A stretch of DNA of 64,000 nt from Rotaria socialis (GCA_905331295.1 CAJNYD010000373.1:1-64000); one strand, 5' to 3'; numbered from the stretch's first letter, positions 1-13,341 are shown. Translations and numbers: made by a program. Notes: generated by a model from the sequence alone, not told the origin.

Positions 1-22
1 CCCCCCCCCCCCCCCCCACCCC

Positions 23-89
<67 letters not shown>

Positions 90-139
90 CCCCCCGCCCC
101 CCCCCGCCCCCCCCTGTAACTCCCATGGGTACATCCCTG
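1..139. mobile_element. Poly-C tract followed by probable right terminus of a hAT-like MITE, truncated at window edge
   Basis: About 113 nt of near-pure C, then tgtaactcccatgggtacatccctg. The reverse complement starts CAGGGATGTAC. Same layout (C-run then CAG/CAC-type end) as the element at 38477-39163. Left end and TSD are not visible. Confidence 0.4.
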
Positions 140-1797
140 GTTACGATAACTCATAATATTCAAGTACTGGTACATGGCTCATATTTCTTAAATAAGATTA
201 GTATGCAAACAAAATGAATGATTCTAAAAAATGCGAAAAAAGCATAAAAATCTGAATCTATGATTTGTGTCTTTCAACCTTTGAATCTCTTATTAGTTAA
301 CTTCAATCGATCTGATGTACTTCTACTGATTTGCGCACACGAATGTCTCAGTTCAAGTTAGTTTTCTCTTGAATATAGTAAATTTCAATAAAAATATAGA
401 AAATGTTTTTGAAATGCCTGGTAAATGGTTTAGCAAGATGCATGTTTGGCATTGTTTCTCTAGATAAATTCAACATGAAGTTGTATCTTGGTAGTTGAGA
501 TTGATGTGTGTGTGCTGTTGGCGTGTGCAAGAATGTTTATTTTGATCGATGCCAGTTGTATGGCCGGTGTACACGAGACGAAATAAATTTCTTATTTTTG
601 TATACAAATTAATAATACTAAGTAAAACAAAAGTGAAGATAAAATTTTATACTCAATAATTACTATGTTTACAAAATAAATTAAATTTTTTTTCAACATT
701 AAAACTAAATTATGAGTTACTAGTTTAATTTATTAACTTCAAATATGTGTCAATTCCTTCAGTAAAGTATAATTATGTCAGCAGCTATTGTTGCTTTATT
801 TTGCTATGAAAACATTTTCGGTGTTATTTGAGGAAGAGTTCTTCATACTTAAAATGGATGAAAGTGTGACTGTATCTATTGAACAACAATGGCATTCGCG
901 CCATCAAAGAGCCACCTGCTGCTAAAAATGCCAACATTAGTGAAAACAGACGCCCTTGCGAACCATCAAAATGCAACAAAGAAAAAGGAAGAAGTATCAC
1001 TGATACAATAGACTTCTGTTAATTGTAATTATACTATTTTTAATGACACAGACTAAGGAAGACTTCAAAAAAACAACACGAATGAAAAATAATTCATATT
1101 TTCATATTAATAACCAGAGCTTTACAAAGTCTTTTATATACTAAAACAAAAAATTTCCTTTGACTAGAACCTACTGAGCGTACAAGGATGGAATACTCAG
1201 TCGTGCCCCTCAAGATTATTATAAATACTTTATTTCTATTCGTTTAGACTGTTACATGGTGTTCGATCTTTAACTATTTCATTTTGTATAGTATTTTTAA
1301 AGCAATAACGACAATAACACATTATTTATTGATATACAAGCAAATTCAAAGTCGTGTACTATATGCTGCTGTTTTCTCATTCAATATTCAATGCCAATTG
1401 AAGAAAAATCAAAGTTAAATAATAGTTTCTTTCCTACTTATTTGGTTTCTTTTCCGCTGGAAAGAAAAGCCAAAATCTTCTACCCTTGACGCTTGTGTCT
1501 TTTCCTCTCCCTTCCGTTCGGTCGTTTCCTCTACATTTGACATGAAATACAGAACGGAGATGAAGACCACAAGATGTCATTTAAAATGTAGAAGGGAAAA
1601 AAAGGAGAAAAAAAGCACAGGATCCGCTTTTTTTCTTATTTCTTCTCGTATTTCCTTTTATTCATAACGTTAGCGTTCATATAACATCAGCGTTTTTCCT
1701 TTTAGTATACTCTGGGATAAGCTTTTCAAGGTTATAGGATGCGGTGTGCTCTCTAATTCTTCATGCATCAATGTTGAATATCTATTGGATTCAAAAA

Positions 1798-3289
1798 ATG
1801 AACCATATTTTCATAATTCTTTTATTAAAATTTTCTCTATGTTTTGTTCAATCACAACAATTTTCAGGTTAGTTCATAGAAGAAAGAAGAAAAAGGCTTA
1901 GTAGACCTTAACTATGAATGTGCATTTTTAATTATTTTTCTTTGATTTAGAGGAAAGTCCATATCTAACTATTCGTTTAATGGATATTAAGATTCATGAG
2001 GTTGGTTGTTGTTTTAATTTTTTACTTCTCTTGCGATTGTATTTTATTTCTTAGTTGAAACCTGATCTGATAAATAAAATAGAAAAAGTGCTCGACTCTG
2101 AATTGAAACATACCGATGAGAAAAAAAGTGTTACATGTAAATCAATGTAAGCAGTCTTCATGGTTGAATTTATTTTTGTTTATTTATTTTTGCCTTATTT
2201 TAGTTATTTTGAACAAGACGTAAACTCTCCTACACAGGATGGACGTTTTCTTGATTTGAGTATTCGAGGCATGTGCTTGGATGAACAAGGCCAACAACAT
2301 ATTGTCGATAAAGATTTAATGACTAGTAAGAATCTAAAAACGCAACACGATAAGTAGCTTTTCTTTTTTTTTTTATTATATTTTCTAATTTATAGAGGCT
2401 ATAATACGAAAAAAAGATCAAGTTAATGCCATAACTCATGCGACTCTTTTTCGCATTGGTAATATACAATTGTATACTCGTAATCGAAATCAACTTAATG
2501 TAATAATTATACCTGTATCCATTGGATTTGTTTCATTCTTATTTATTCTTACATTTTCCTTACGTCAGATGAGGTTTATAAAAAAAAAAGAAACACTTTT
2601 TTTCTTATTTCTTTTATTTTTCTTTTCAATCTAGAGCTAAACAAAAACGTCTGCATATTATAATGGAATTACAGAAGAGAAAAGGTGCTACCACCAAAAA
2701 AGCGCCTGTTATACCTAATATTGATCCACTTGCAAATGATAAACAACGTTTATTGCAACTTGATCCAACTGTTGTTGGCAATGTTTCCAATACAATGGGT
2801 AGTCCAAAAGAATTCACTATGGAACAACATTCATCTCCAATTCGTTTTAATACCAAAACTGCTGCCGACAATCGCTGCTATCAAGGAACATCATCCCCAC
2901 CAGTAGTACCATCGAAAGAAAATCGTGCAACATATGCGAATCGTGATAATGAAACATCATTTCAAGCACAACGACCATTAAAGTCTGGCCATGAAAATAT
3001 GCATATACAATACGAAAAAGAACCACATGCTTCATCGAACCATTCTCAGTATCAATATGAGCCACAATATCCAGATATGATCTCGATGCAGGAACAAAAT
3101 CCACGAGTTGTCGTTCGATCAATACGAGATGATCCGAACTATCCAACATATCATCAACCACAGCAGTACGAAGATACATCACAAAAATTTGTATCGATTC
3201 CAGTACAAGTAGAGCAAAGTTCCTCCTATCAACGATTTGTTTCACCACCTTATCATTCCGATCCTTATTATCCGCAAACAAACTCCTAG
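1798..3289 (+). CDS. Orphan single-pass type I membrane protein, about 6 exons
   Basis: Exon 1 encodes signal-peptide-like MNHIFIILLLKFSLCFVQS. In-frame GT-AG exons lie at about 1950-2000, 2055-2146, 2203-2325 and 2396-2573 (TM segment VIIIPVSIGFVSFLFILTFSL, then basic RQMRAKQKR). Last exon 2635-3289 encodes a Q/P/Y-rich cytoplasmic tail. Confidence 0.7.
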
Positions 3290-5986
3290 ATCTAGGTTTA
3301 ATAATGACCTTGAAAAAACGCAAAATTTCGGATTTTATACGTACTGAGTATATCAAAAACATATGCAATTATTTACCCTTCCAGTACTAGTTTTTTTATT
3401 ATTAGAAAATAAACTTTTCTTCTAGCACTATATTTAAATGGTGAGCGAGTCAAGCTGAATTTTACAATCTAAGTCGTTTCCTTTTGCTTCAGTTTGTTAA
3501 TTTTCAGTCATGTGCATAAATCGTTCGACACATTTTTCTGGACGTTTGAAATTTGAGAAAACTCATCAGACAACATGATTATCGAAGGCTATATATTACT
3601 CTAAAAATCAGCAGGCGATGAAGTAAGAAGTATTCAATGATAGAAGGAAAAATCAAGGAATTATCGATTCCTGCTTATTACAAGTAATTGTTTTTTAGAT
3701 ATTCTAAAGAATATCACAAGATATTAATTATATTCGATACTCAAAATCACTGTATTACTAAAATTTGAATGAAATTATAGGTAAAAACATGAATCTGTTT
3801 AATAGAACATAATCTAATATTTAACCTGAGTATCAACAGAGATTTATTGTTTTTGTTGAATAATATTGACGATTATTTAGATAGAACTACGGTGGTTTTC
3901 GGATGCTGCTACAAGTATAAAAATCGACGGATGGTTACAATCTATGGCTTTTTGTTGTTGTTGAAGATAATATCTTACTTTTGAGAGATTCTTATTCATA
4001 ATGTTAAAGCGCATGTTATTAAATCATTTGCAAGAAACGTGAAAATATTCATGGTTTACTTTACTTGATTTCCCAAGGGCTTCGGTGAAAAAAACGGACT
4101 AAAAAATGATTAACGTCAAATTTCCGATAGTTAATTTGATTGTCAACAAAGCTGATAAAGGTGTTATCAAGGTAAGTTATTGAGTACTGAAAGTACTTGA
4201 TAATAAATCTTCTTTGCATTGAAAATTTATCTCAAGTGTTTGTTGATCTCTCGCGTATAATTACAAATCTGAACGATTTCACAAGTGTAAAACACTCGCA
4301 TAATATGGAAAACAAGTAACAATACATTATTTCTAAAAATAGTTAGACTACTGATAATATCGAAGGACGATGACAAACTCTACAGCTTCGAGAAAAATAA
4401 CCATTAGGATCACGATTGATTCAAGATGCCAATACGATGGCTATGAGCATAATGAAAAAATGATTTGCTATAATTGTACACACGGGTCATATCCATACAT
4501 ATTTCATCATTTTCTTGGCAAGAAGAAAATGCAGCAATGTTCGTAAAAGAAGAGTAATTACAATCTGTTCTTCAATTCAGATTTATTGTCCTATTTATTA
4601 CTTCTAAAACAGTAACGAGTCATCGTTACATATAACTAATGACATACATACGGGACTTATTAAATAGCAGTCAGCGAACGAAACTCATATGACTGTTCTT
4701 TTAATAAGTAGTTACATAAAGATCTTGGAACAACTCTCTTTTTCTGATACGAATCTATATTCGACATATTCAGGTTTATCAATGTTCCAACTACAAAATA
4801 CACTGACGAATATTGACAACTTTCATCGATTGTCTTAGAAACAATTAAACTTTAAACACCTCAAGATATCACTAAATCTGTAGTTCATCATTAAATCAGA
4901 AGTCTTAAACTACATGAGTTAAAACGTGAAATTGTAACCGTTACGATTGGAATTTTTTCACTTTTTTGTAATTATACGATACTTTTATTTATCTCTTATA
5001 CAAGCGATATAAAATACTTCATTGTAGACAAAAGAATTCTGAAAGTCAAATTTGATATCGAAGCTAATTCTCACTGTAAGATGAAGTAGGTTAATTCGTG
5101 ATTACAAACTTAGATTTCGACTTGCCCAAATGAGTATTTTCTATGCTCCGAAATATGTTCAATTCTCATTGAAATTAAAATTTTCAAATGTTAAGAATAA
5201 TACTAGAAAAGTTTCGTTATCCAGATTTGAAAACTTGATCTCATTCTATTATATTTTCAATAGTAATCAAATACTTTTACATATTTTAGATGAAGCTTGT
5301 AGTTTTCTTCGCTCAATACAATCCATAAGAAACTCTCGTCACTTTGCAATCGTTTTCGAATATTATTTTTCCTTTTAACTAACTAACCAAAAATATTAAC
5401 AAAAACAATTATCAATATTATGAAGGCTTCTTGTAGGCATTTCACAGATGTTTTTTCTAACATCTGTAGAAGAATATTAAAATTGTAAAGTTAAAAATTT
5501 CTCTTTCAAACTGTTTGATATTCAATTTTGATTAGAACGATGTGTCTAATTTTTAAAATGATGCTATTTCTCACATCAGCAAAGTTTGTTTCTGAAAGAC
5601 GGTGTGTGATTTATGAATGATGTTTAAGCCCATATATCTAAATGAACTCATGGAAAAGTTAAGTCATCCAGTGCTGTTCCATGTGGTTATCATCAAATTC
5701 ATCTTTGCAACCAATCGTTTCTAAATATTTTTCATCGGGATCAAATGATCCATAATATTTATTCAAAAAGAGCACAGTTCTGAACGATAAAGAAAATCTG
5801 GTCAACGAAAACTTCTTCACGTTAATCAATTATATCCGTTTTATTGAAAACTTCTGTTTAAAAGACGGATAATAAGTCCAACGTTGTTTAATACTTGTAG
5901 AATTATGACGTAGAAACCAATTCAGAAAGTAAAATAATAATAAAACTATCATTTATCATGCTCATCATTTTTTCCATATATATTCT

Positions 5987-6308
5987 TAGAGGTGTAAGCC
6001 GCCACCGCCGCCGCCAATGGACCAAAATATTTTTAATTTTCGAGCCGCCGCCACCGTCATATAAGCAGGAATACTAAATGTTTGAATATTTTCGACACTC
6101 AAAAACAGTCTTCAGGATTCTTCTGATCAAACTCCTAATAAGAAAGTTCTATATTATCATTTTTCCCTGTTCTGTTACATAATTCTCAAAACTGCGAAAA
6201 TTTTTTAAAACAGCTTCTAAAGATTTTGAGCCGCCGCCGCTGGTGGGCTAAAAAAAAATTTAATTTTCGAGCCGCCCCTGCTGATCGAGGCGTCGGCGTA
6301 CACCTCTA
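5987..6308. mobile_element. hAT-superfamily non-autonomous MITE (322 bp)
   Basis: TIRs TAGAGGTGTAAGCCGCC and TAGAGGTGTACGCCGAC (15/17 match). Perfect 8-bp TSD TATATTCT at 5979-5986 and 6309-6316. Internal repeated TTT(C)GAGCCGCC motifs. Confidence 0.9.
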
Positions 6309-7152
6309 TATATTCTGAAACCTATGATTCTTTTTTTTGGAAGAAAAATAATGAAATATCATTGCGCATATGTTCTGTTGCATTTCAAGAAGATTAATAA
6401 TAATACGTAATATGATCACGATGCATTAAAACATGATAGCTAATACGTTCCGACAAAAAACATATCCTATTATTAGAAAGAAGGATTTACTTTTACAGAG
6501 AAAAGGTTTGTGCACGGTAATTTTTAGATCTGGCTTAATTTAGACGAGCGCATCTGAAGCTCTCAGTAACTATAACTGTAACAGTTAATTCGTGTTTCTC
6601 GTAGATGTGTTTAACAGTACTGATGTAACACAGAGCATATTTTTTAAATAGCCATATCTCTGATTTACTTCAACATCTTCCATTATTTTCTACTCAGTAA
6701 ACCGAAAAATCTCTGTCTTCTTTTGTCTGTGTTCGTCAATTTTCTTTACCAGAGTACTATGTGTATATAGTATTTTTTAAGTCGCAATGAGTTCATTGCA
6801 AATGGTTACACCTGCTCTATTGCTACGAGCAATTATCGAATATTTACCATCTATTATGACTATTCTTCTTAATACTGTTTTCATTGTTGCAATTATACGA
6901 CTACGAAATCTGCGTACACGACAAAATATTTTTCTAATCAAGTAAATAAATAAAACATAGTCATATTTCTTGAATGAAATACTTGAAATTCTCATTACTA
7001 ATGACTATATCGATTAAAACATATTTTCCTCATTAAATATGACTACAGTGACACTCATTTGATATTGAATGTATGTCATGGTTATTATTTGAAAACATAG
7101 ATTTATAACAAAGCAAAAGCAAATTAGGTTACTATTAATAGCATAAGGTACA

Positions 7153-7930
7153 ATGATAATAATAACTGATCAGACATTCGAATATTCTCTACTTCAGAAT
7201 ACAGTCAATTCGAAGTTTTGATTTTATTTTAGTTCTGCAGTAAATCTTATATGTTTATGTTTTACTACGCTGGTCTCAGTGACAATTGCATAAAACTATT
7301 CAATAAACTACTATATCAATATGAAATTATGTCGTATAATAAGTTTTCTAATATATAGTTCTTGCCATGGCATTATGTATTCATATTTACTTCTTAGTAT
7401 AAATCGTTTTATGGATGCATTCTATCGTTCGCAGAAACATCATTTATCAATAAAATGTATAGTACTTGAAATAATTTTGCAATGGTTTTTAGCATTTCTT
7501 ATTCCATCGATACCATTTTGTTTGGATGAAATTAAATTGCAAATAAAACCACGATTTTGTTCAGCACGTAAACCACTTTATGTGATATTGAGAATGTTGA
7601 CTGGATTCTTTTTACCAGTTATATTTATAACAAAAATTTTATCAAATATCTCATCGTTTCTATAGGCGTCAAAATTATAAAAATGAGAAATTACTACGAC
7701 AATGTGCGGCATTTTCATGTGTATTCGCTATTGGTTGGGGACTTTTTGCGTGTATTTCCGTTTTTGACTTCAATGATATTGTTCCTGAAAGTATTTATTT
7801 AATTACACTATCATTTCTATCAATATCATTATTAGTTATTACTCTAATGATTATTCATTGGAATAAATTAAGCAGTCAAAGAATCAATATTTACTTTATT
7901 GCACATAAAATCTAAAAGAAAATATCCAAC
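7153..7930 (+). pseudogene. Frameshifted rhodopsin-like 7TM GPCR
   Basis: TM3-TM5 lie in ORF 7321-7665 (LCRIISFLIYSSCHGIMYSYLLLSINRF...QWFLAFLIP). TM6-TM7 (LLRQCAAFSCVFAIGWG...IYLITLSFLSISLLVITLMIIHWN) continue in another frame after an apparent deletion near 7632. The 5' part is also broken. Confidence 0.7.
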
Positions 7931-10425
7931 ATCTGCAACTACTGTACAATTTTCAGGTCACCCTGTCTTCAATTGTAGTTAAATTAATCCTTTCGTTTTA
8001 CTTTTGTTCTAATTGTAGAATTTCACTTTATCTCATGTTATATTTGTAAAATAAATTGCGAATAACATGATATCATTATAAAATATGACTTCCATTTTAT
8101 TTGAAACATATACAAGTTTCTTTTCGTTGTCTTTGCAGATCGCGACTTGTAAAATTACTCTATCTTGCAAGATAGAAAATACGTATTTCTATCAATTTCG
8201 GAAACAAATTTAATTCATTTTATGCAAAACAATGAATCAATGTTTGTATTAATATTCTTTCATTGGTTGAGTATCATCAACAGATTCTATCGGATACTTT
8301 CTTTTGTATATTCAGATGTCATTGAACGCAGAATTTCCCGAGGTGAAAAATCTTTTCTCTGTTATTTAGATCTGAATAATAAACCTCTTCCATGTGTTCA
8401 TTTATCCTAGATTTCATTTTATTATTTACTGATGTTTCTATTCCATTCCCTCTTGTTCTATGGTGCCTATTTCTAATTTATGCTTTGTGGAAAGAGTTGA
8501 AAATCAGAATAAAATAAAGTACTACATAGACGATATTAACTCCCATATTTTGGGCTATTAGCTACTCACTTGTTTGACCGCTATTGGAACTTAGACAAAC
8601 GAATAAGTGGAAAAAATATGCTTAGGCATTGACTGTTACGTTTCGTATTTCCTTATGAAATGTTAATCTGATATGCCTGACAAGCTATTCTAGGGAATCT
8701 TTCTGTTTCTTTATAGGATATCATCCTCATGACATATGTAGTTGAGAACGAGTCTACATTCTATGTGTACTTTTATAGATACTCTGTAATCTTTTCTCGC
8801 TGTATCAATGAACATCAAATTCTAGTGAATCTTTCGTAGATATACATCCGATGTAACAATTATCCAATGAATTTTCTTCTCATGTTTTATTCTTCGATAG
8901 CAAATTAATAATTTTATTGTTAAACAAATATCAACATTTTCTGTTTTAGACATCAATAAGCTGTACTAGTTCACCTTATATATTCATTTTAAAAAAGCAA
9001 ATGTAACTTAGTCATATCAATTACATAGGAGATAAATCGAAATTACGAATGAATTTTCTAAGTTGTTACAATTAAATACACTTAACTATAGGAATTTCAT
9101 AGTAGCACAAGTGTTCACATATTTAAACACAATTGATATCTATTAATAAGATCCAACACATGTGTCATTTCTAAATGATCATTTTGTAAAGTTAATTTAA
9201 AGAGCAAATGATTATCTTGTCTACTATTATTGGTTGGAAAAAGTCATGCGATTTGCTGCAAGTCATTTAGTTAATGCCGATCGATAATGATGGACTAGGC
9301 GATGATCATCAACGTGAACACTGCCCCTCTTTAAATGAATCAATGTAGACAATATGGATGTGCGTGTATATGTCTGTTAATTTGAGTTCAGGGTATTGAT
9401 CGTTTGCATCCGTTTTTTTTTTCGTGTCTCTCGCGTTCCTTTCTGACATTCTACTTGCTCATAAAGAACACGCACACGATTATGAGCAAGTGTTATAAAC
9501 AAAAACTGTTGTTGTTCACTGTTGGAAATAGATCGATCAATGATTGATTATTCATTTGTGCGTCTTTTTCTCTGTGTATATATATATATAGAAGATATAA
9601 ACTTCGAGATTAATGACTTTCATCTTTCCACCAATAAATAATAAAACAGCAGTCAACAGTAGTAGGCAAGGTAATTTGACTCGTGTACATCATCGATTAA
9701 AGAGAAATGATAATGATCCTCCTCATCATCATAGAGAAACAATAATAAGCATATGATGATGATGATGATGATGATGCAGAAGAAAGGCATGACACACCAT
9801 TCAATGCAAAACAAAAAGGAGAAAAAGTACAGTTATAGAATTAACATGCATCTGCAGATGCTTGACATTACATGAAAATAATTGTTTGTCAAGAGACTCT
9901 CTTGATTGGAATCGATCAGTGTCGTCTTTGTCTTAGTCAATAAGAAAAATAGTTGCTCAGTGAAATTATCTCCTCATGTCGTGTCATGTCTCTTCTGTCT
10001 TTTTCTCTTCAACATTGTTAATCGTCGATTTTGTGTCCATTCAATAACAAGAAAGAAGATTGCACTTGATTGTTCTGTTTTCTCTGCTCATTTCCTGAAT
10101 AGCTGCATATGATCGACGAACACGCCAAATGAATACTAAAACTATCTCATGCTGAGATGATCATCTATCTCATTATATTAAGCGAAGGAAAGGGAGGAGA
10201 GAGAGCAAGAGAGGGGAAAATATAAGGAAAAATCGATCAACCAATAGAAATAAATCGTATAAAATTTTGATTGGTGATTGAATTATAGAAAAAGAAGAAA
10301 AAAAATGCAATGTAGACAATCAATGGAATGACCACTTTTCTTTTATCGAACTCAATCCAAGAAGTATTTATTATTTTTCTAGACGCGAAAACTAACAAGT
10401 GTTTTGACAGATACGATAAAACACA

Positions 10426-11387
10426 ATGATCGGTGGAAAGCCATTTGATGTTGATTCACTTTTACGTGATTGTGTTGTGAAGAAAAAACGACCTATACAT
10501 GATGCGCTTCAAATTTATGATCATCATCATCATCAACAACAACAACAGGCGACCGATTTATCCATTGGCAAAGAAAAGATTCAATCTGGTTTGTATTAAA
10601 ATATTTAAAACAAAACAAAAAGTTCACTTTTTATAGTTTTCATTTATAGATGAAAATGGTGATTGTTCGAATAGCTCAACAACTAGTAGTACGATGAGTA
10701 CGATGAGAAATAGTATTGATGCTTATCGACAACATCTATTCAATAGTGCAAGTAGCGAAGTAGCAAAATCATTTCTATTGAGTATGCGAAATTTTACATC
10801 ATCATCATCATCGACAACAGCAGCAACATTAGCAGGTGTAAATCATAGTAATGTTCAAATCAAGAAAACTAAACGACGTTCACGTGCCGCTTTTTCTCAT
10901 GCACAAGTTATTGAACTCGAACGAAGATTCGCACAACAAAAATATTTATCAAGTACAGAACGAGCCGAATTGGCTAGTCTACTAAGTGTAAGTATGATAG
11001 TATTTGATATGACACATTGTTTTTCGAGTCTACGCATTAATGCGTCTCATGTGAAAATAAATCGAATTTCTTCTTTTGGTTTATTTTAGCTTCAAGAACA
11101 ACAAGTCAAAATATGGTGAGACAACTTAAGATTTTGTTTGAATTGAATCTATCAAGAGAAAAAAAAGAACTTGAATTTTTACCTTTCATAGGTTTCAAAA
11201 TCGACGCTATAAAGCAAAACGAAAACAACTTCTTAGTCAAGTAAATACAACACCAAATACACGTCATGCACCTGTAACTGTACTTGTCTATGAAAATCAT
11301 GCATTTTCGGGTAGTTCATCATCATCTTCGTCATCTCGTTTAGCTCATCACAAACCACCATTGATGATTCCATCAATGAATCTTTAA
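10426..11387 (+). CDS. NK3: NK3/bagpipe (Nkx3) homeobox transcription factor, 4 exons (10426-10588, 10650-10987, 11090-11115, 11192-11387)
   Basis: N-terminal eh1/TN-like KPFDVDSLL. Spliced homeodomain [57 protein letters not shown] carries the NK3 signature and Tyr54. Downstream NK-specific-domain-like RHAPVTVLV. Confidence 0.93.
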
Positions 11388-11511
11388 ACATACGAAGCCA
11401 GCAAACTTCATAAGAACTATTCATATTTATCTATGTACATCGTTGTTTTGTTTGTCAATTTTTGTGTTGTTGGTTTTTTTTTCTTCTACTTCTCATGTGT
11501 GTCAATGTATA

Positions 11512-12465
11512 TCAGTCAATATTATTGAGCAAACGTGAATCATCATTAAGATCATCAGTTTTTATACGTAAATATCCTGTATTATTCATTCCATTCATAT
11601 TATCAATATTACTTTCATATTTTAAATTTGAATGGTAGATAATAATTAAATATTTCAGTAGATATTCAATAATTAATATTCCACTATAGAACGTAGCTGA
11701 AAATTGCCCGGGTAGAAACATCACACGAAGAATGTATGTGCTCGTAAAATAGAATGAACGTATTAGAATACTATTTAGTTGACAGAATTTCTTATCGATA
11801 AATACTATTGATGACATGGGATTAATGTCATCGAGAACAAATGGATGACGTATGGATTGAATAGTAACTATTAAATCGACTAGATGAAGAATGAATATAA
11901 GTAATTGAGGACAAATGTAACTTTGACATAAAACTGGTGGATTCCATTCATCATTTGATAAATAGTAATGATTATTCCATAGCCATTTCAGAGAAATGAA
12001 CGATTGAATACAAAGTAAAATAAGAAAACTAAGTATGGAAAAAGATTTTAATTTATTAGAATCGTATTGATGATAATGTTGATTTGTATATTCATAGACA
12101 TCAGGTAAGAGACGACCTGCTAGAATAAGCATCAGTAAAAAATGAAGAAATATTTGATGAATAGAACACCATATTCCATGTGTTATACCATTAATAGCAA
12201 GTAAATCATCAAGAATAAGACCAATAATACCAATCGATACGATCAAGCGAGAGAATTGTGAATACGGACGAGTTAATATTCGAAGAGAATTGCGTTTCTG
12301 ACCAATAAATGTAAGAATAGAAATAAATAGAATAAGAATAATAAATTGAAAAATATATCGAGTTGATCGAGTACTTGAAGAAAAATTTAGTTGAATAATT
12401 TCATTCATAGTTGTGTTGATGAGATTCGTTTTCGTGGAAGTTTTAATTGTTGAATTATGAGTCAT
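11512..12465 (-). CDS. Intronless 7-TM membrane protein, class C GPCR/GPRC5-like TM core
   Basis: 317 aa with about 7 hydrophobic segments and N-terminal N-glycosylation sequons (NST, NTT, NFS). TM4-like LILLCIQSFISLKWL resembles the class C Q-x-x-I-x-x-x-WL pattern. Confidence 0.6.
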   Translation of the reverse strand: MTHNSTIKTSTKTNLINTTMNEIIQLNFSSSTRSTRYIFQFIILILFISILTFIGQKRNSLRILTRPYSQFSRLIVSIGIIGLILDDLLAINGITHGIWCSIHQIFLHFLLMLILAGRLLPDVYEYTNQHYHQYDSNKLKSFSILSFLILLCIQSFISLKWLWNNHYYLSNDEWNPPVLCQSYICPQLLIFILHLVDLIVTIQSIRHPFVLDDINPMSSIVFIDKKFCQLNSILIRSFYFTSTYILRVMFLPGQFSATFYSGILIIEYLLKYLIIIYHSNLKYESNIDNMNGMNNTGYLRIKTDDLNDDSRLLNNID

Positions 12466-13341
12466 CTTCTATACTGATTGACAGAAGGAATGAGCTGCTA
12501 GCTGATCAATGAGAGAATTCGTTTTTTTTTGTTGTGCAAAATATTAGGCGCGTTCACGTAGGATATAACAAAGGTATATATTTCTGATGAATATGAGTTT
12601 GTTCGATTCAAATTGAAATAATTATCAAAATTGTAAAGGTTTTGTCATATGTTTATAAGTATTGAATAATTTAGAATAGCTAGACAATAGATTTCGTTAT
12701 TGGAATAGACTTTTAATGAAACATTGTTGCAATTGTTTATTATTTATTCGTCTATTAGAATACAAAACCAATGATTTTTCCATTGCAAGTTAGTTTTCCA
12801 ATGGCTGACGTTGACTGTAAAAATCAAGGGTTTTTGTTAATAAACAAGTTGTTTTTCACTAACTCCACATGATTGATATGTAAAACATGGCGTAGCTGTG
12901 CACAGCTAGACTGTTTTATTATCTCTATTTGGTGACATGCTCATTATTTGAACTTCGATAAATCTAACAAAAAAGAAACAAATATCTAGTAGCATTCGTA
13001 TTTTCGACGATTGCCTTTCAGAAAATGAATGGCTTGATGTTGGGCATGGTAAAATCTACTAACACTATTTGAAAATTTCTGTAAAAATCGCAAAATTTCT
13101 ATTTACTTCCGTTTCTTTTTTGAAATTGTTTGTACAAAATAAATCTACACTAACATTCTCCTTGCATTCTACTTATGACAATGATCAATGCGTTGATACT
13201 TCATACAAGAGATATTTACTCCATACGATAGATACTACAAATATGCTCCTAACGTTTAGTTAATGAAACATAAAGTTTGATATTGATGTTAAACATTCTA
13301 TGAATGTTACGTGAAGATGATTGAAATATTTCGACAACTGC

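Noticed and set aside
2847..3368. 173-aa minus-strand ORF
   Set aside because: Antisense to the last exon of the plus-strand membrane-protein gene, with no independent support.
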